Assembly (NCBI GenBank): GCA_023205875.1 | Contig: CP060766.1 | Coordinates: 558,001 to 605,067 of the forward strand | Direction of reading: 5' to 3' | Length of the DNA: 47,067 nucleotides | Source of the DNA: Chloropicon primus | Taxonomy: Eukaryota | Part shown: piece after piece, positions 19,153 through 29,443 of the stretch | Numbering within the stretch: the stretch's first letter is position 1 | Layout: the number at the start of each line of letters is the position of its first letter | Notes under the pieces: model-generated | Told to the model about the DNA's origin: nothing | What the model saw: only the letters and a program-made list of their open reading frames with translations | Databases searched by the model: none | Position numbers and translations under genes: made by a program

Positions 19153-19344
19153 CGCGTGCGGGCGTTCGGGCGGCGTCGAGAACTTGTGGAGAACTAGAAG
19201 ACTCACTCGCTTTGATGAAAATGGCTGGTCGGAGAAACAAATGTCCTATTGTTACACACGAGTACTACCAGCCTGCCAATGGCTTTTCTTTTTTTAATCG
19301 AAAAGTAGAGGAAGAAGAAGAGACTCCTCCTCCCAAAACCGAAC

Positions 19345-20112
19345 CTAACCCTCCATGTCAGAGTCGTCGTCCTCCTCCTGCTCGATCTCCTTCTTGGCCG
19401 CCGCCTCGCACTCCTTGGCGAGGTCCGCGGGCACGCGCACGAACTCCCTCCCCGTCTCCTCGGAGATCCACGCCAGTTCGATCTCAAACTTCTTGTTGCT
19501 CGAGTCATCCCTCTGCTTGATCAGACACTTGCAGACCGCCTTGAGCGCCTCCTTGCACGTCATCTGATCAAGCTTCATCCTCTCCAGCTCGGTCTTGATG
19601 CCCTGACGCCCCTTGCCCACGGCTATGCCATAGTACCTGTAGCTCACGCCGTTGGTCTCACTGAGGTACACGTGAGGCCCGTCGTCGTCGAAGGACGCCG
19701 TCAGCGCTGCACTTCCCAATGGCCTGAGGTGCCAGTAGAGAGAGAACACGTGACAAAAGTTCGCCAAACGATCGGTCAAAACTTTCGTCGGGATAGTCTC
19801 TCCATAAAAACGCTTGTAGTTCTCCGCCTCCTGCTGGGCTCTCGACACGATCTGCCTCCCATCAGGAAGCTTCCCAGGTACCGCCATGCCACAGTGCCTG
19901 GACACGGTGAAGATCCTACGGTTCGAGTTGGGTAACATCATCTTCGTCTCTTCAGGCTTCTCCACAGCGAGGATGGCTCCATCTTTGCAGCACACGCCGA
20001 CGCAAGGCACGCCGTTATCCGTCGCTTTTCCTGCGTACTCGGTCTGAAACACTCGCCCCTCCGGACTAAACGTCGTCACCGACAGATCGTATCCGCTACC
20101 CACGCCACTCAT
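19345..20112 (-). CDS. PSMA3: 20S proteasome subunit alpha-7 (alpha type-3, PAG1)
   Basis: N-terminal signature MSGVGSGYDLSVTTFSPEGRVFQTEYA, GKGRQGIKTELE, and an acidic C-terminal tail. Confidence 0.95.
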   Translation of the reverse strand: MSGVGSGYDLSVTTFSPEGRVFQTEYAGKATDNGVPCVGVCCKDGAILAVEKPEETKMMLPNSNRRIFTVSRHCGMAVPGKLPDGRQIVSRAQQEAENYKRFYGETIPTKVLTDRLANFCHVFSLYWHLRPLGSAALTASFDDDGPHVYLSETNGVSYRYYGIAVGKGRQGIKTELERMKLDQMTCKEALKAVCKCLIKQRDDSSNKKFEIELAWISEETGREFVRVPADLAKECEAAAKKEIEQEEDDDSDMEG

Positions 20113-20328
20113 CACGCCACCGCAAGAACAAGGTGATGGAACCTTCCGCTGTTGTTGCCGTCGTCGTCGGTGCCGCTCCTCCTCGTCGTCCTCGTCGTCG
20201 TCGTCCTCGTCGTCGTCGTCGTCCTCGTCGTGAGGCGCGCGCTTCGATCGATCACCTCCTCGCCTCTGCCTTTTTTCGCGAGGATCAAAATCGAAACCAA
20301 ACCCTACGAGGCACCGAGGATGGAGGAG

Positions 20329-20827
20329 GATGAATCGATGGATGATGATGGTGATGTTGGTGATGAGGGGCAAGGGCAATGGGAGGCGGGGTAAATCGAT
20401 GCAGCGTCTCTTCCTCTTCCTCTTCCTTTCTTTCTCTCTTTCCAAGGATGGATGCCTCACACTTGCCAGGGGGGGCAGGGAGAAGAAGAATGGTGATGGG
20501 ATGATGAATCGATGGATGATGTTGATGGTGAGGGGCAAGGGCAATGGGAGGCGGGGTCAATCGATGCAGCGTCTCTTCCTCTTCCTTTCTCTCTTTCCAA
20601 GGATGGATGCCTCACACTTGCCAGGGGGGGCAGGGAGAAGAAGAATGGTGATGGGATGATGAATCGATGGATGATGTTGATGGTGAGGGGCAAGGGCAAT
20701 GGGAGGCGGGGTAAATCGATGCAGCGTCTCTTCCTCTTCCTTTCTCTCTTTCCAAGGATGGATGCCTCACACTTGCCGGGGGGGCAGGGAGAAGAAGAAT
20801 GGTGATGGGATGATGAATCGATGGATG
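20329..20827. repeat. Tandem repeat, ~155-bp unit x ~3.1, upstream of PSMA3
   Basis: TGAATCGATGGATG recurs at 20331, 20505, 20660 and 20814, with near-identical sequence between. Confidence 0.92.
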
Positions 20828-20903
20828 GAGGCAAAAAAATCACCAGACAAAGCAGCAGTTTAGCGCATGATTCTACTACTACTACTACTACTCGATGATG
20901 CTA

Positions 20904-22163
20904 CTACTTTGCATCATCGTGGTCCAAGATGTGCTGAGGCAAGCCTGACAACAGATTCTGGCTGACAAGGAGGCTCTGGAGATCCCTGAGGGAGTTCACG
21001 TAGGTCACGCGCTTGAACAAGACCGGGTCGATGCGCAGCTGGAAGGCCAAGATCCAGGTCCGGAGCAGCGGGGTGGGGTGGACGACGTAGATGTTCTTAA
21101 TCCTGCTCCTGCAGAACGACTCGCCTCCCAGGGCAACGTGAAGGCTTTTGAAGAACCCCACCTTTGGCTTCTTCTCCAGTTGGGCGTTGGAATGAAAGTA
21201 TAGAATGGAAATCGGCTTTCCGGCGGTCTCCTTGTCAAACACCATCGCCTTGAGGATGTGCAAGAGCATGTCCTCTCTGGGAATCATCCTTTTGCTGTAG
21301 TGGGCGCCGATGCCGACGAGGATCGGGTCCCCGGCGTTGTCGTTGGCCTCGCTCCTGTAGACAACCTTCATGTCCTTGACGTAATCGACGTCTCTCTCCT
21401 GCGCTCTCATCTGCGGGCACGGTGGAAAAGGAAGGAACGAGGGAAAGAAAGAGTCAGGGACGGGGGACAGGGGACGGGCGGACGGACTCTCTCCCTCTGT
21501 ACCAGCGAGTGAGAGTGCGATCCGTATATCTATCTATATCTATACCTGGCACTGGATCCTCCAGTCCTGCTTGTTCTCGTCGCTGTACAGGTCCATGGTC
21601 CTCCCCGCTCTCCGGTCCGCCTTCTTGCTGGCCTCCTCCGCCGTTCTCGCGTCAGGGGACACCCCGGTGGCGCTGTACCTGTCCTTGTGGAAGCTCAGGT
21701 CCTCCTCCCCGCTGCCGAAGAGCCTCTGCAACCCCCGGAGAAGCCCGTGGAATGTCGCGGGGGACGAGGAACCCGCGTACGCCGAGTAAGACCCCGGGGA
21801 CGACGCCGAGGTCGACGGCTTCGGGTTCGGGCTCCTCGATTTCGGGGGCTTGTAGTACTTTGTCGGGTTGGAGGCCCTGAGGGCCCAGTCCTTGCCCCCA
21901 CCCGCGGAAGCCAGCGACCCGGGGGACTCCATGATCCGTATTTTTCTCCTGTTCGCCCTCTTCTCGGCCTTGGCCCTCGCCGACTCGTCGAGGTCATCCT
22001 CCTCCCCCTCCTCCACCCTCACCAGGGACGCCTCCCCCTCGACTCGAATGACGTCAGGAGGCCTCGACGCCGCGGTCGGGTCCTTCTCCTCCTCCTTGCC
22101 GCCTCCGCCCTCGCCGTCCTCGAAGGGGTCCCGTCCAGCGAAGGGGTCGTACCTCTGCGACAT
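20904..22163 (-). CDS. CRAL-TRIO/BCH (Sec14-like) domain protein, 2 exons (22163-21546, 21410-20904)
   Basis: Phase-0 intron CAG|GTATAG...CCCGCAG|ATG. The C-terminal exon has ISILYFHS, IKNIYVVHPT and KRVTYVNSLRDL, typical of CRAL_TRIO_2. The N-terminus is disordered. Confidence 0.82.
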
Positions 22164-23903
22164 CAGGCCCCGCTTGTCCTTCCTTCCAACAACTTGCCTC
22201 GAAAGCCGGGGAGCAAAACCCTTCTCGCTCCTCGCTCCTCGGTCCGTGCGCGGCCAACCCCCTCGAGTGAGGTATCGTTCGAAAGCCCGCGAGAAGACGC
22301 TTCCCGATGTGTCCACGCCCTTGCGAGCTCAAGCCTCCCGCACTCGCGCTCGCGCTCGCCGTCGTCCGCGGTCCCCTCTGGTCCGCCGCGTAACGCACGA
22401 GGGTATGAAGGCGTGTAAAAACCGGAACACTCAAAAAACGAAAGCGAGGAGCGAGAAGCTTTGGAGCGATGGCGATGATGGTCTCGACGGTCAACCGAAG
22501 AGCCAAGAGCCATGGATGCTTTCTTCCTCTTCCTCTTGTTCGTTGTTCCCTCCCTCCGTTCCCTCCCTTCGAGCATGATGCAGCGAGGTTGTGTCGGTTG
22601 TGTAGTATGGGAAACACTATAGAAGGGGTTTAGGTCGAGTGTGAAGAGAAGAGAAGACATCGACATCGACCATGGTTCTCGTCTTATCTGTCTTCCTGCG
22701 ACTGCTACTGGGGAGGACCGAGGACGGACTTTGTGCAACTCCCGTGCTACGACGGTAGGACAACTCACTCCCTCCTTCCCCAAAAGAGAGGAGAGAGAGA
22801 GAGAGAGGAAGGAAAGGAAAGGAAAGGGAAAGAAGAGAGAACAGGTCCTTCTCTTCCTCTTCCTCTTCCTCTTCGTCTTCGTCTTCGTCTTCGTCTTGGT
22901 TCTTCACCACCTCGTTGGTAAAGGCGGCCCTCTCTGACCTAAAAGGAAAAAGACAGTATTCGTTCCAAGACCAAAGGTTCGTGGAGGAACATTTCTGCAA
23001 GACTTCAAATTCAAACTCTACTCTCAACAGTAAACGCTCATTCATTACCACATTTCAATTACGGTAAAGTTGGATTTCACTTATTTTGTGTTCGTTCTCT
23101 CGTAGAATCATGTTCGCGACGTCTTTACGAACCACGCAATTAGAATATTCAAGTGGAAGAGAGGCCAAGTGGACGGAAACCATCGTCGCTGGCGACGCGA
23201 GGAGGGAGCAGCTTTGTGTGTGTCTCTCGAGCAAGAGACTCTTGGCCCACTCAAGTCGTTATCTTGGACCGTAGCGTTCCACCCAAAGTCGACTCGACTA
23301 GCCAAACCGACTGCTTGCCCTTTGTGCTGCACATAAACGAGCGCCCAACCCCGCGAGGTGCTTGGCTTTGTCCTGCAAGAGCAAGAGCAAGAGCAGAGGT
23401 GCCTTTTGTGCAGACCATTGGTTGGGAAGGGACCGAGGCAAGGAGGTTTGCTTGGGTTCAACTCGTTTGACTCTTCTCTTGGGTTGGGTTGGTACGACGG
23501 TGGGCTGTGGAGCGTGACCCTGGCCTCACTCTTTCGAGGTGAAGCGGAGGAAAGGAGGAGAGCTTGACGCGCTCGAGGGGCTGCTGGAGGAAGAAGACGA
23601 AGACCTTCTGAGCGGGCGGACCAAAGTGAAACAAGTGAGAGAGACGACAGAGAGACAGAGAGGCACGAGAGAGAGAGAAAGAGAGAGAGAGAAAGAGAGA
23701 GAGAGGGGCACGACAGAGAGACAGGAGCAAGGTGCTTGTTGTTGTTGGAGAATGAAGGTGCAGAGCCAAGTGCTTTGTTAAGGACAGACCAAGAACAGAC
23801 ACACACGAAAACGAAACAGAAGTCTCTTTGCTTTGGGGTGCAGCTTCACGATAATTTCTATGACTAGTGAGAAGAATTTGAAGCGTACTGCTGCAACAGT
23901 TTG

Positions 23904-26597
23904 ATGACGAAAGAGTCTTCAGGAGATAGTGCCGCTCCTAAAACAGCCATAGTTGGGAACTTTACCGATAGTAACAACATGAAGAACGAAGTAAAATCCG
24001 TAAGCCCTCTGACGTCGATAGACGAGATAGAGTCGGAGAATGGGACGCACCATGAGGTCGTCAAAAACAAGAAGCGAAGGCGGAGCAGCTTCAAGAAGAA
24101 GGGTGCCATCACAAAGAAGCTGTTGATCAAGTTCTTGGACTCGGCAGGCTTTCAGGCGTATATGTTCGTCTGCCTGGTGCTTGCACTCTTCGCCGTGGAC
24201 GTCATTGCCCTCCACTCGTACGGTAACGACGTCACAGAGGCCATGAACATCATCCTCACGCTTGTGTTTGCGAGTTTCCTTGCCGAGATGGTCTTGAACT
24301 TTTTCATACGGGAGGATTACTCCAAGCTGGAGACGGTGATGAACTTTATAGCCACGTTCTCCATCCTTTTGGACATCACGTGGATCACAGAGCTTTGGGA
24401 GAAGAGCGATGGAGGAGGAGGAAGCTACGAGAGGGCCTCGCGTGCGGCCAGGGTCGGAGCGAGGGCCGGTAGGATTGGTAGGATTGTTAGGGTGGTCAGG
24501 CTTGTTCGTGTGATTAAGATGTTCGCCCTCTTCTTCCGGTGCTTCCGCAAGGATGAGGAGGAGGACTCCATGGCGCCAACCAACTTGGGGCAGAAGCTGG
24601 CCGAGTCCATCTCCCGTTTGGTGGCCCTTCTCATCATGATTACCATCTGGGTTGCTCCTATGTTGACGTTCGAGGAGTTCGACGAGTCCCTCTCTGCGTG
24701 GATCACTGTCTTTGATTCTCACGCGCAGAACAACGCCACCACGTTCCAGCTGGAACCTGTCGTCACGGACTACTACGACTTCATCATGGATGGCGGCCTG
24801 CTGAGACCGGTGGAGCTGAACATTCACGGCGACTACTGGGACTGGACGGAGATCTCTGGCGGGTACACGCCAAGAAAGAAGGACAAGATCACGCTCCAGG
24901 ACAACAGCGGTTTGATCGTGCTCAAGCTCGACTCCTCGAAGAAGAACCAGGAGGACGCCATGCTCAACATTCTCTTGGTGGTGGTGGTGGTGGTGGAGCT
25001 GATCTGTTTTATCGCGCTTCTGAACCAGACGACCTCTCTGCTGGTGGTGCGGCCGCTGGAGAGGATTTTTACCATCATCCGAATCAACGCTTCGCAGATT
25101 GTGGGAGCTTTGGACATCGAAGACTCGGACGAGGAGTCTGAGGACGAGAAGGAAGTGGACGAGATCAACACAATCGAGGCTGCTGTCCAGAAGATGACAA
25201 GGATCGTGAAGCACGTCAGTGGAGGTGGTGCCCAAGGTTCTCAGATCGTGCAAAACTACATTGATGACGCCAACATTGATGAGAAGACAAAGGCCTGGCT
25301 GGTGAACCAGTACGACGGTTCCGAGACCGTCGCCGAGACCCCTGCGAAGAAGAAGAAGAAGGAGAGGAAATTCAAGAGGAGCATCATTGCCTACGACAAC
25401 GTGGACCTTGATTTCTTGAACTCCTGGAACTTCGACGTGTTCTTGCTCAAGGAGGAGGAGATGTTCTCTTACGTGAGAGCCATGTTCATGGAGCTTGGCT
25501 TGTATGAGGCTGGCATGGTCACGGACGAGATCCTGAGCAACTTCTTGAAGGAAGTGAGGAAGAACTACCACGACAACCCTTACCATAACTTCCACCACGT
25601 CATCGACGTTACCCACGGAGTGTACCGCATCTTGAGGCTCACGGAGGACCGCTTGGATCTCACGGAGTACGAGAGAATGTCTCTGATGGTTGCTGCTATT
25701 TGCCACGACATGGATCACCCTGGTGTGAACAACGCTTACTTGGTGCACACCCTGGACCCCCTTGCCATCAAGTACAACGATTCTGGTGTCTTGGAGAACA
25801 CCCACGTCGCTTGCTTGTACAGCATGGTCACCACAAAGCCAAACAGCAACATCTTCGTGAACATCAAGGACGACAAGGTGTGGAGGGATATGAGGAAGAA
25901 CATCATTGGTTGCATTCTGCACACCGATATGGCTCACCATTTCAAGATGGTTTCCCAGATGGATGTGTTCTTCGAGTTGCACGCCAACGTGATTGAGAAG
26001 AAGGACAACCCTTTCACCACTCCTGATGACAGGCAGTTTTTGATGAACATGGTTCTGCACTCTGCAGACATCTCGAACGCGGTGAAGCCTTTCGGAATCT
26101 ACACCAAGTGGGCGAACTGCGTGCTGGAGGAGTTCTTCTCTCAGGGAGACAAGGAGGCGGCCAAGGGGCTACCAAAGTCTCCGATGATGGACAGGGAAAC
26201 CACCTCAAGGGCCATGTCCCAGGTCAACTTCATAGAGTTCATTGTTGGCCCATTGTACCTGAACCTTGTGAAAATTCTGCCTGAGCTCTCTGAGCTGGCC
26301 ATCACCTTGTTGAACAACAGGAAAACGTGGGGAGACATGTACATCGAGGAAGTTGACGGCAAGTCCATGAGCTCCATGGACTTTAACGCAAGAGAGGAGG
26401 AGAAGGCCAAGTGCACCAACAGGTACTTGAAATTCAAGGAGAAGTTTGAGCCAGTTATGGAAAAGATGGAGGAGCTGGGTTTCGCCAGTGAACAACTGCT
26501 GAAGAGGGCTGGTATCCAAAAGAAGGAGAGGCCAAACCCAAGGGCCTCCGTCATTGGCAACCTTGCCCGCAGAGCTTCGATTTCCATGGGCAAATAA
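23904..26597 (+). CDS. Class I cyclic-nucleotide phosphodiesterase fused to an N-terminal six-TM ion-transport/voltage-sensor-like domain
   Basis: PDEase_I motifs YHNFHH..DVTH, AAICHDMDHPGVNN, LENTH, TDMAHH, HSADISN, EEFFSQGD and SQVNFIEFIV. N-terminal TM helices include the S4-like RASRAARVGARAGRIGRIVRVVRLVR. Confidence 0.93.
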   Translation: MTKESSGDSAAPKTAIVGNFTDSNNMKNEVKSVSPLTSIDEIESENGTHHEVVKNKKRRRSSFKKKGAITKKLLIKFLDSAGFQAYMFVCLVLALFAVDVIALHSYGNDVTEAMNIILTLVFASFLAEMVLNFFIREDYSKLETVMNFIATFSILLDITWITELWEKSDGGGGSYERASRAARVGARAGRIGRIVRVVRLVRVIKMFALFFRCFRKDEEEDSMAPTNLGQKLAESISRLVALLIMITIWVAPMLTFEEFDESLSAWITVFDSHAQNNATTFQLEPVVTDYYDFIMDGGLLRPVELNIHGDYWDWTEISGGYTPRKKDKITLQDNSGLIVLKLDSSKKNQEDAMLNILLVVVVVVELICFIALLNQTTSLLVVRPLERIFTIIRINASQIVGALDIEDSDEESEDEKEVDEINTIEAAVQKMTRIVKHVSGGGAQGSQIVQNYIDDANIDEKTKAWLVNQYDGSETVAETPAKKKKKERKFKRSIIAYDNVDLDFLNSWNFDVFLLKEEEMFSYVRAMFMELGLYEAGMVTDEILSNFLKEVRKNYHDNPYHNFHHVIDVTHGVYRILRLTEDRLDLTEYERMSLMVAAICHDMDHPGVNNAYLVHTLDPLAIKYNDSGVLENTHVACLYSMVTTKPNSNIFVNIKDDKVWRDMRKNIIGCILHTDMAHHFKMVSQMDVFFELHANVIEKKDNPFTTPDDRQFLMNMVLHSADISNAVKPFGIYTKWANCVLEEFFSQGDKEAAKGLPKSPMMDRETTSRAMSQVNFIEFIVGPLYLNLVKILPELSELAITLLNNRKTWGDMYIEEVDGKSMSSMDFNAREEEKAKCTNRYLKFKEKFEPVMEKMEELGFASEQLLKRAGIQKKERPNPRASVIGNLARRASISMGK

Positions 26598-26811
26598 TAA
26601 TAATGTTTTAGAGCTTTTTGACGTAGCTGGTCAATCATGTTGTAATTTACCACACACACGCTATATTCGCATACCCCACAACGCAACGCGACGCGGCGGA
26701 GAGAGAGAGACAGAGGGAGAGAGAGAGAGAGTTCGCAAGGACGGTCTTTTTGGTTTGTAATACAAATCGTTACACTAGTTTACTTGGAGAGTTTACTACC
26801 ACGAAAACGGT

Positions 26812-28259
26812 TCACGCAATGGTCAGGTTCAGCCTAAGAGTTCGAGGCAACTTCTTGTCATTGATCGCGAGGGTCGCTTTGTTCGTCATGATCAAGTCCT
26901 TCACTTTCCTTTGCAAGTTCGGCCTCGTTGCTTCCTCCAGAGGACCGTGCATGTAGAGGTTCATGCTGCCACAGCTTATGCTTGGCGCGGAGATGTTCCC
27001 CTTCACCGATGCGTGGGCGGAAACCACATCGATGAGCTCCGCCAACGTTTTCGATTCCGATATCGTCAAAGAAATCCCAGAGCTGCAAACAGGGCATTCC
27101 GCGTCCTTCTCGTACTTGACTGTGTGCGTGTAGATTCCCTCGGCTCCCATGTACATCATGTAATTGTCCATCCCTGCGCAGCACATCGTCACCGTCTTGA
27201 GAACTTCGGTGGCGCAAGCCGCCGCCACAATTGCGTTGGTCGAGGCGATGGCCGGAATGATGTTCTTCACCACCCCCTGGACCAACGAGAACGTCACGCC
27301 CCCGATCCCGAATTGCTCCGCCCTCTTCACCGCGTTCTTGTGGCACCACTGCAGATGCTCGACATTGTCCACGTCGAACTCCACGATCTCGTTCTCCTTG
27401 GGCCACTGGATGAGGTGAGCATACTCTATGCAGTGCACGGGCGTTCTCGGCGTCTCCGCCAGAGTGCACAGTGGGAACTTGACCTGGGGAGGGAAGAGCC
27501 ACATGGTGCACGCAAAGCACGGCGTGATGCCGGGAAGGATAACCCTTGCGTGGCCCTTGAACCCCTCCGTGCCCCCGTCAACGAGCGGCTTGATCGTCGA
27601 CAGGTCCAGCTGCCCGTCGTCGTCGTACTCGAGAAAGCCGCAGACCGTCTCGTTGATCCAGCTCCTGGCCTCCACGGAGTCCAGCCCGAGGACGATGATG
27701 TGGAAGCCCTTGTAGAACTCTGGCGATTTGTCCTCGATCCTGCCGAAATGCGGGACGACCTTGACCCCCTCGATCCTTTCCTGGATCCTCTCGGCCGCCA
27801 CGACCGCCTTTGGCTTCCCGACGTCCTTCATCCGAAACAGGAACTGCCTGTTGAGGTTGCTCACGTCGATAGTGTCCATATCAATCACCTCAATGTTCCC
27901 GAACGCCAACAGGGCCAAGTCCTTGAGCAGCTCGCAGCCCAGGCCACCCGCACCAATCACAAGAACCCTGCAGAGGCGCGAGCCGAGGAAGGAACACGCA
28001 AACACAAACACAAACACAAACACACACACACACACACACACACACCAGTTCACTCAGTACGGAGAAGGGGGAGAGAAAGAGATTGTGTGTGTGTGTGCAA
28101 AACCGCTGTCGCCTTGCGCTCTTACCTGCAGTCCTCCCTCAAGAAGGGCAGGATCGCCTCCGAGGGCTCGAACCCTGGACCCACGAGCATCCCATCCCGT
28201 CGAAACAACCTGCCCAACACATCCCACCTCTCTTTCTCGTAAGAATACGAAGGATCCAT
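26812..28259 (-). CDS. UBA3: NEDD8/RUB-activating enzyme E1 catalytic subunit (ECR1), 2 exons (28259-28126, 27967-26812)
   Basis: VLVIGAGGLGCELLKDL, DMDTIDVSNLNRQFLFR and active-site FPLCTLAETPRTPVHCIEYA. The phase-2 intron AG|GTAAG...CTGCAG|G contains (GT)n repeats. Confidence 0.95.
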
Positions 28260-28272
28260 CGCGCGATCGCGT

Positions 28273-28306
<34 letters not shown>

Positions 28307-28913
28307 TGGGTGGTTCGCTCGAGCGACGAGAACAAACTAGAGCCGTTCTTCTCAATCGAAAGCTCGCAGAACTTGCCTTCCCACTGGCCACCACCCTCGC
28401 TCCCCTCCTCCACGCCTCTCCTTGGATCACTCACTCACTCAATCGCGAACGAACGAACGAGACCCCAGGAATGCCAGTATTCGCGGAAAGAGAACGAGAC
28501 GTTCTATCGATCTTCGCACTCCTCCGTCGCTCCCGACGTAACAGTTCGCTCTAACACCCTGCCTTCCTCCCCCTTTCCCCTTTCCTCTCCCCCCTTCGAC
28601 TCGCACAACAACGCGCGCGCACGATTCGCTTGGGATGAATGAGGTCGTTCGTCACGCCAGCCAGGTGATGCTTAGGTCTACGGAAAGAGAACGAGATGTT
28701 CTATCGATCGAACGAGGTCCATTCCTCCCAAAACGACGCACGCGTCCTTCCCTCTGGAACACAAACACGTCCCTCGAGCGCGCTCCTCCTCGATCGATTG
28801 ATCGATCGCAGGTCGTCGCAAAAGTGTATTTAATTGCGTACACTCACTGCTAGATTTTTGGCGAATGACCGTTATCCACTGCAGAGGAGAAAATACTGCA
28901 AGGACCAAGGCAG

Positions 28914-29293
28914 GTGAGTGGAAAGGGGAGTGGGTTTTCGACGGACGATTGTGTGCGTTCGCTTGAAAGGAAGGGAAAGAAGTGGAGCTTTTACGAAAGA
29001 AGACGTCTTTCTCTTTCGAATGAGCCGTCACTTGAAAGAAATGGTTGCGTTTGAGGGGCGTGAGGACTGACACAAGTTTGGTTTCGTTCCAAGGCTAGCT
29101 TGTGGCTTGACAAGGTGAGTTTGAAGGCGGGTGGGGTGCGGTTAGGGGGTCAGAGGGGACAAAAGGCGGGATCTTGCGGCAGATAACGTCTCCCTCTTTC
29201 GAATGAGCCGTTGCTTGAAAGAGATGGTTACGTTTGAGGGGGCTTGAGGACTGACACAAGTACAAGTGTGTGTGTGTGTGTGTGTGACCAAAG
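28914..29293 (+). other. Two paralogous probable 5'-UTR introns (28914-29093, 29115-29293) separated by a 21-nt mini-exon
   Basis: Both start GTGAGT, carry a GGACTGAC branch point and end in AAG. They share a ~76-nt core (29003-29077 vs 29186-29261) at about 89% identity. Confidence 0.6.
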
Positions 29294-29443
29294 CAAGTGA
29301 GGTTTGGAGAGAGGGTGGCGAGGGGAGCGAGAGGGAGAAGGAGGAAGCGGGAGGGTTTGCAGCCGGTGCGCTTGAGAGGGACGAGAGAACGCAAGGTTTC
29401 CTTTCGGTCTCGTTTGGAAAGGGAGGGTGTGAAGTGCAGCAGG

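Noticed and set aside
19345..20544. N-terminal extension of the proteasome ORF to 399 aa (likewise upstream extensions of VPS35L, USP39 and RPL24)
   Set aside because: These extensions mostly begin at non-ATG or upstream low-complexity/repeat sequence; the conserved proteins start at the downstream Met.
29019..29056. SECIS-like ATGA-N11-AAA-...-GA pattern in the twin introns
   Set aside because: Helix II does not pair in the SECIS register, the site is 5' of a CDS, and no in-frame UGA selenoprotein was seen nearby.
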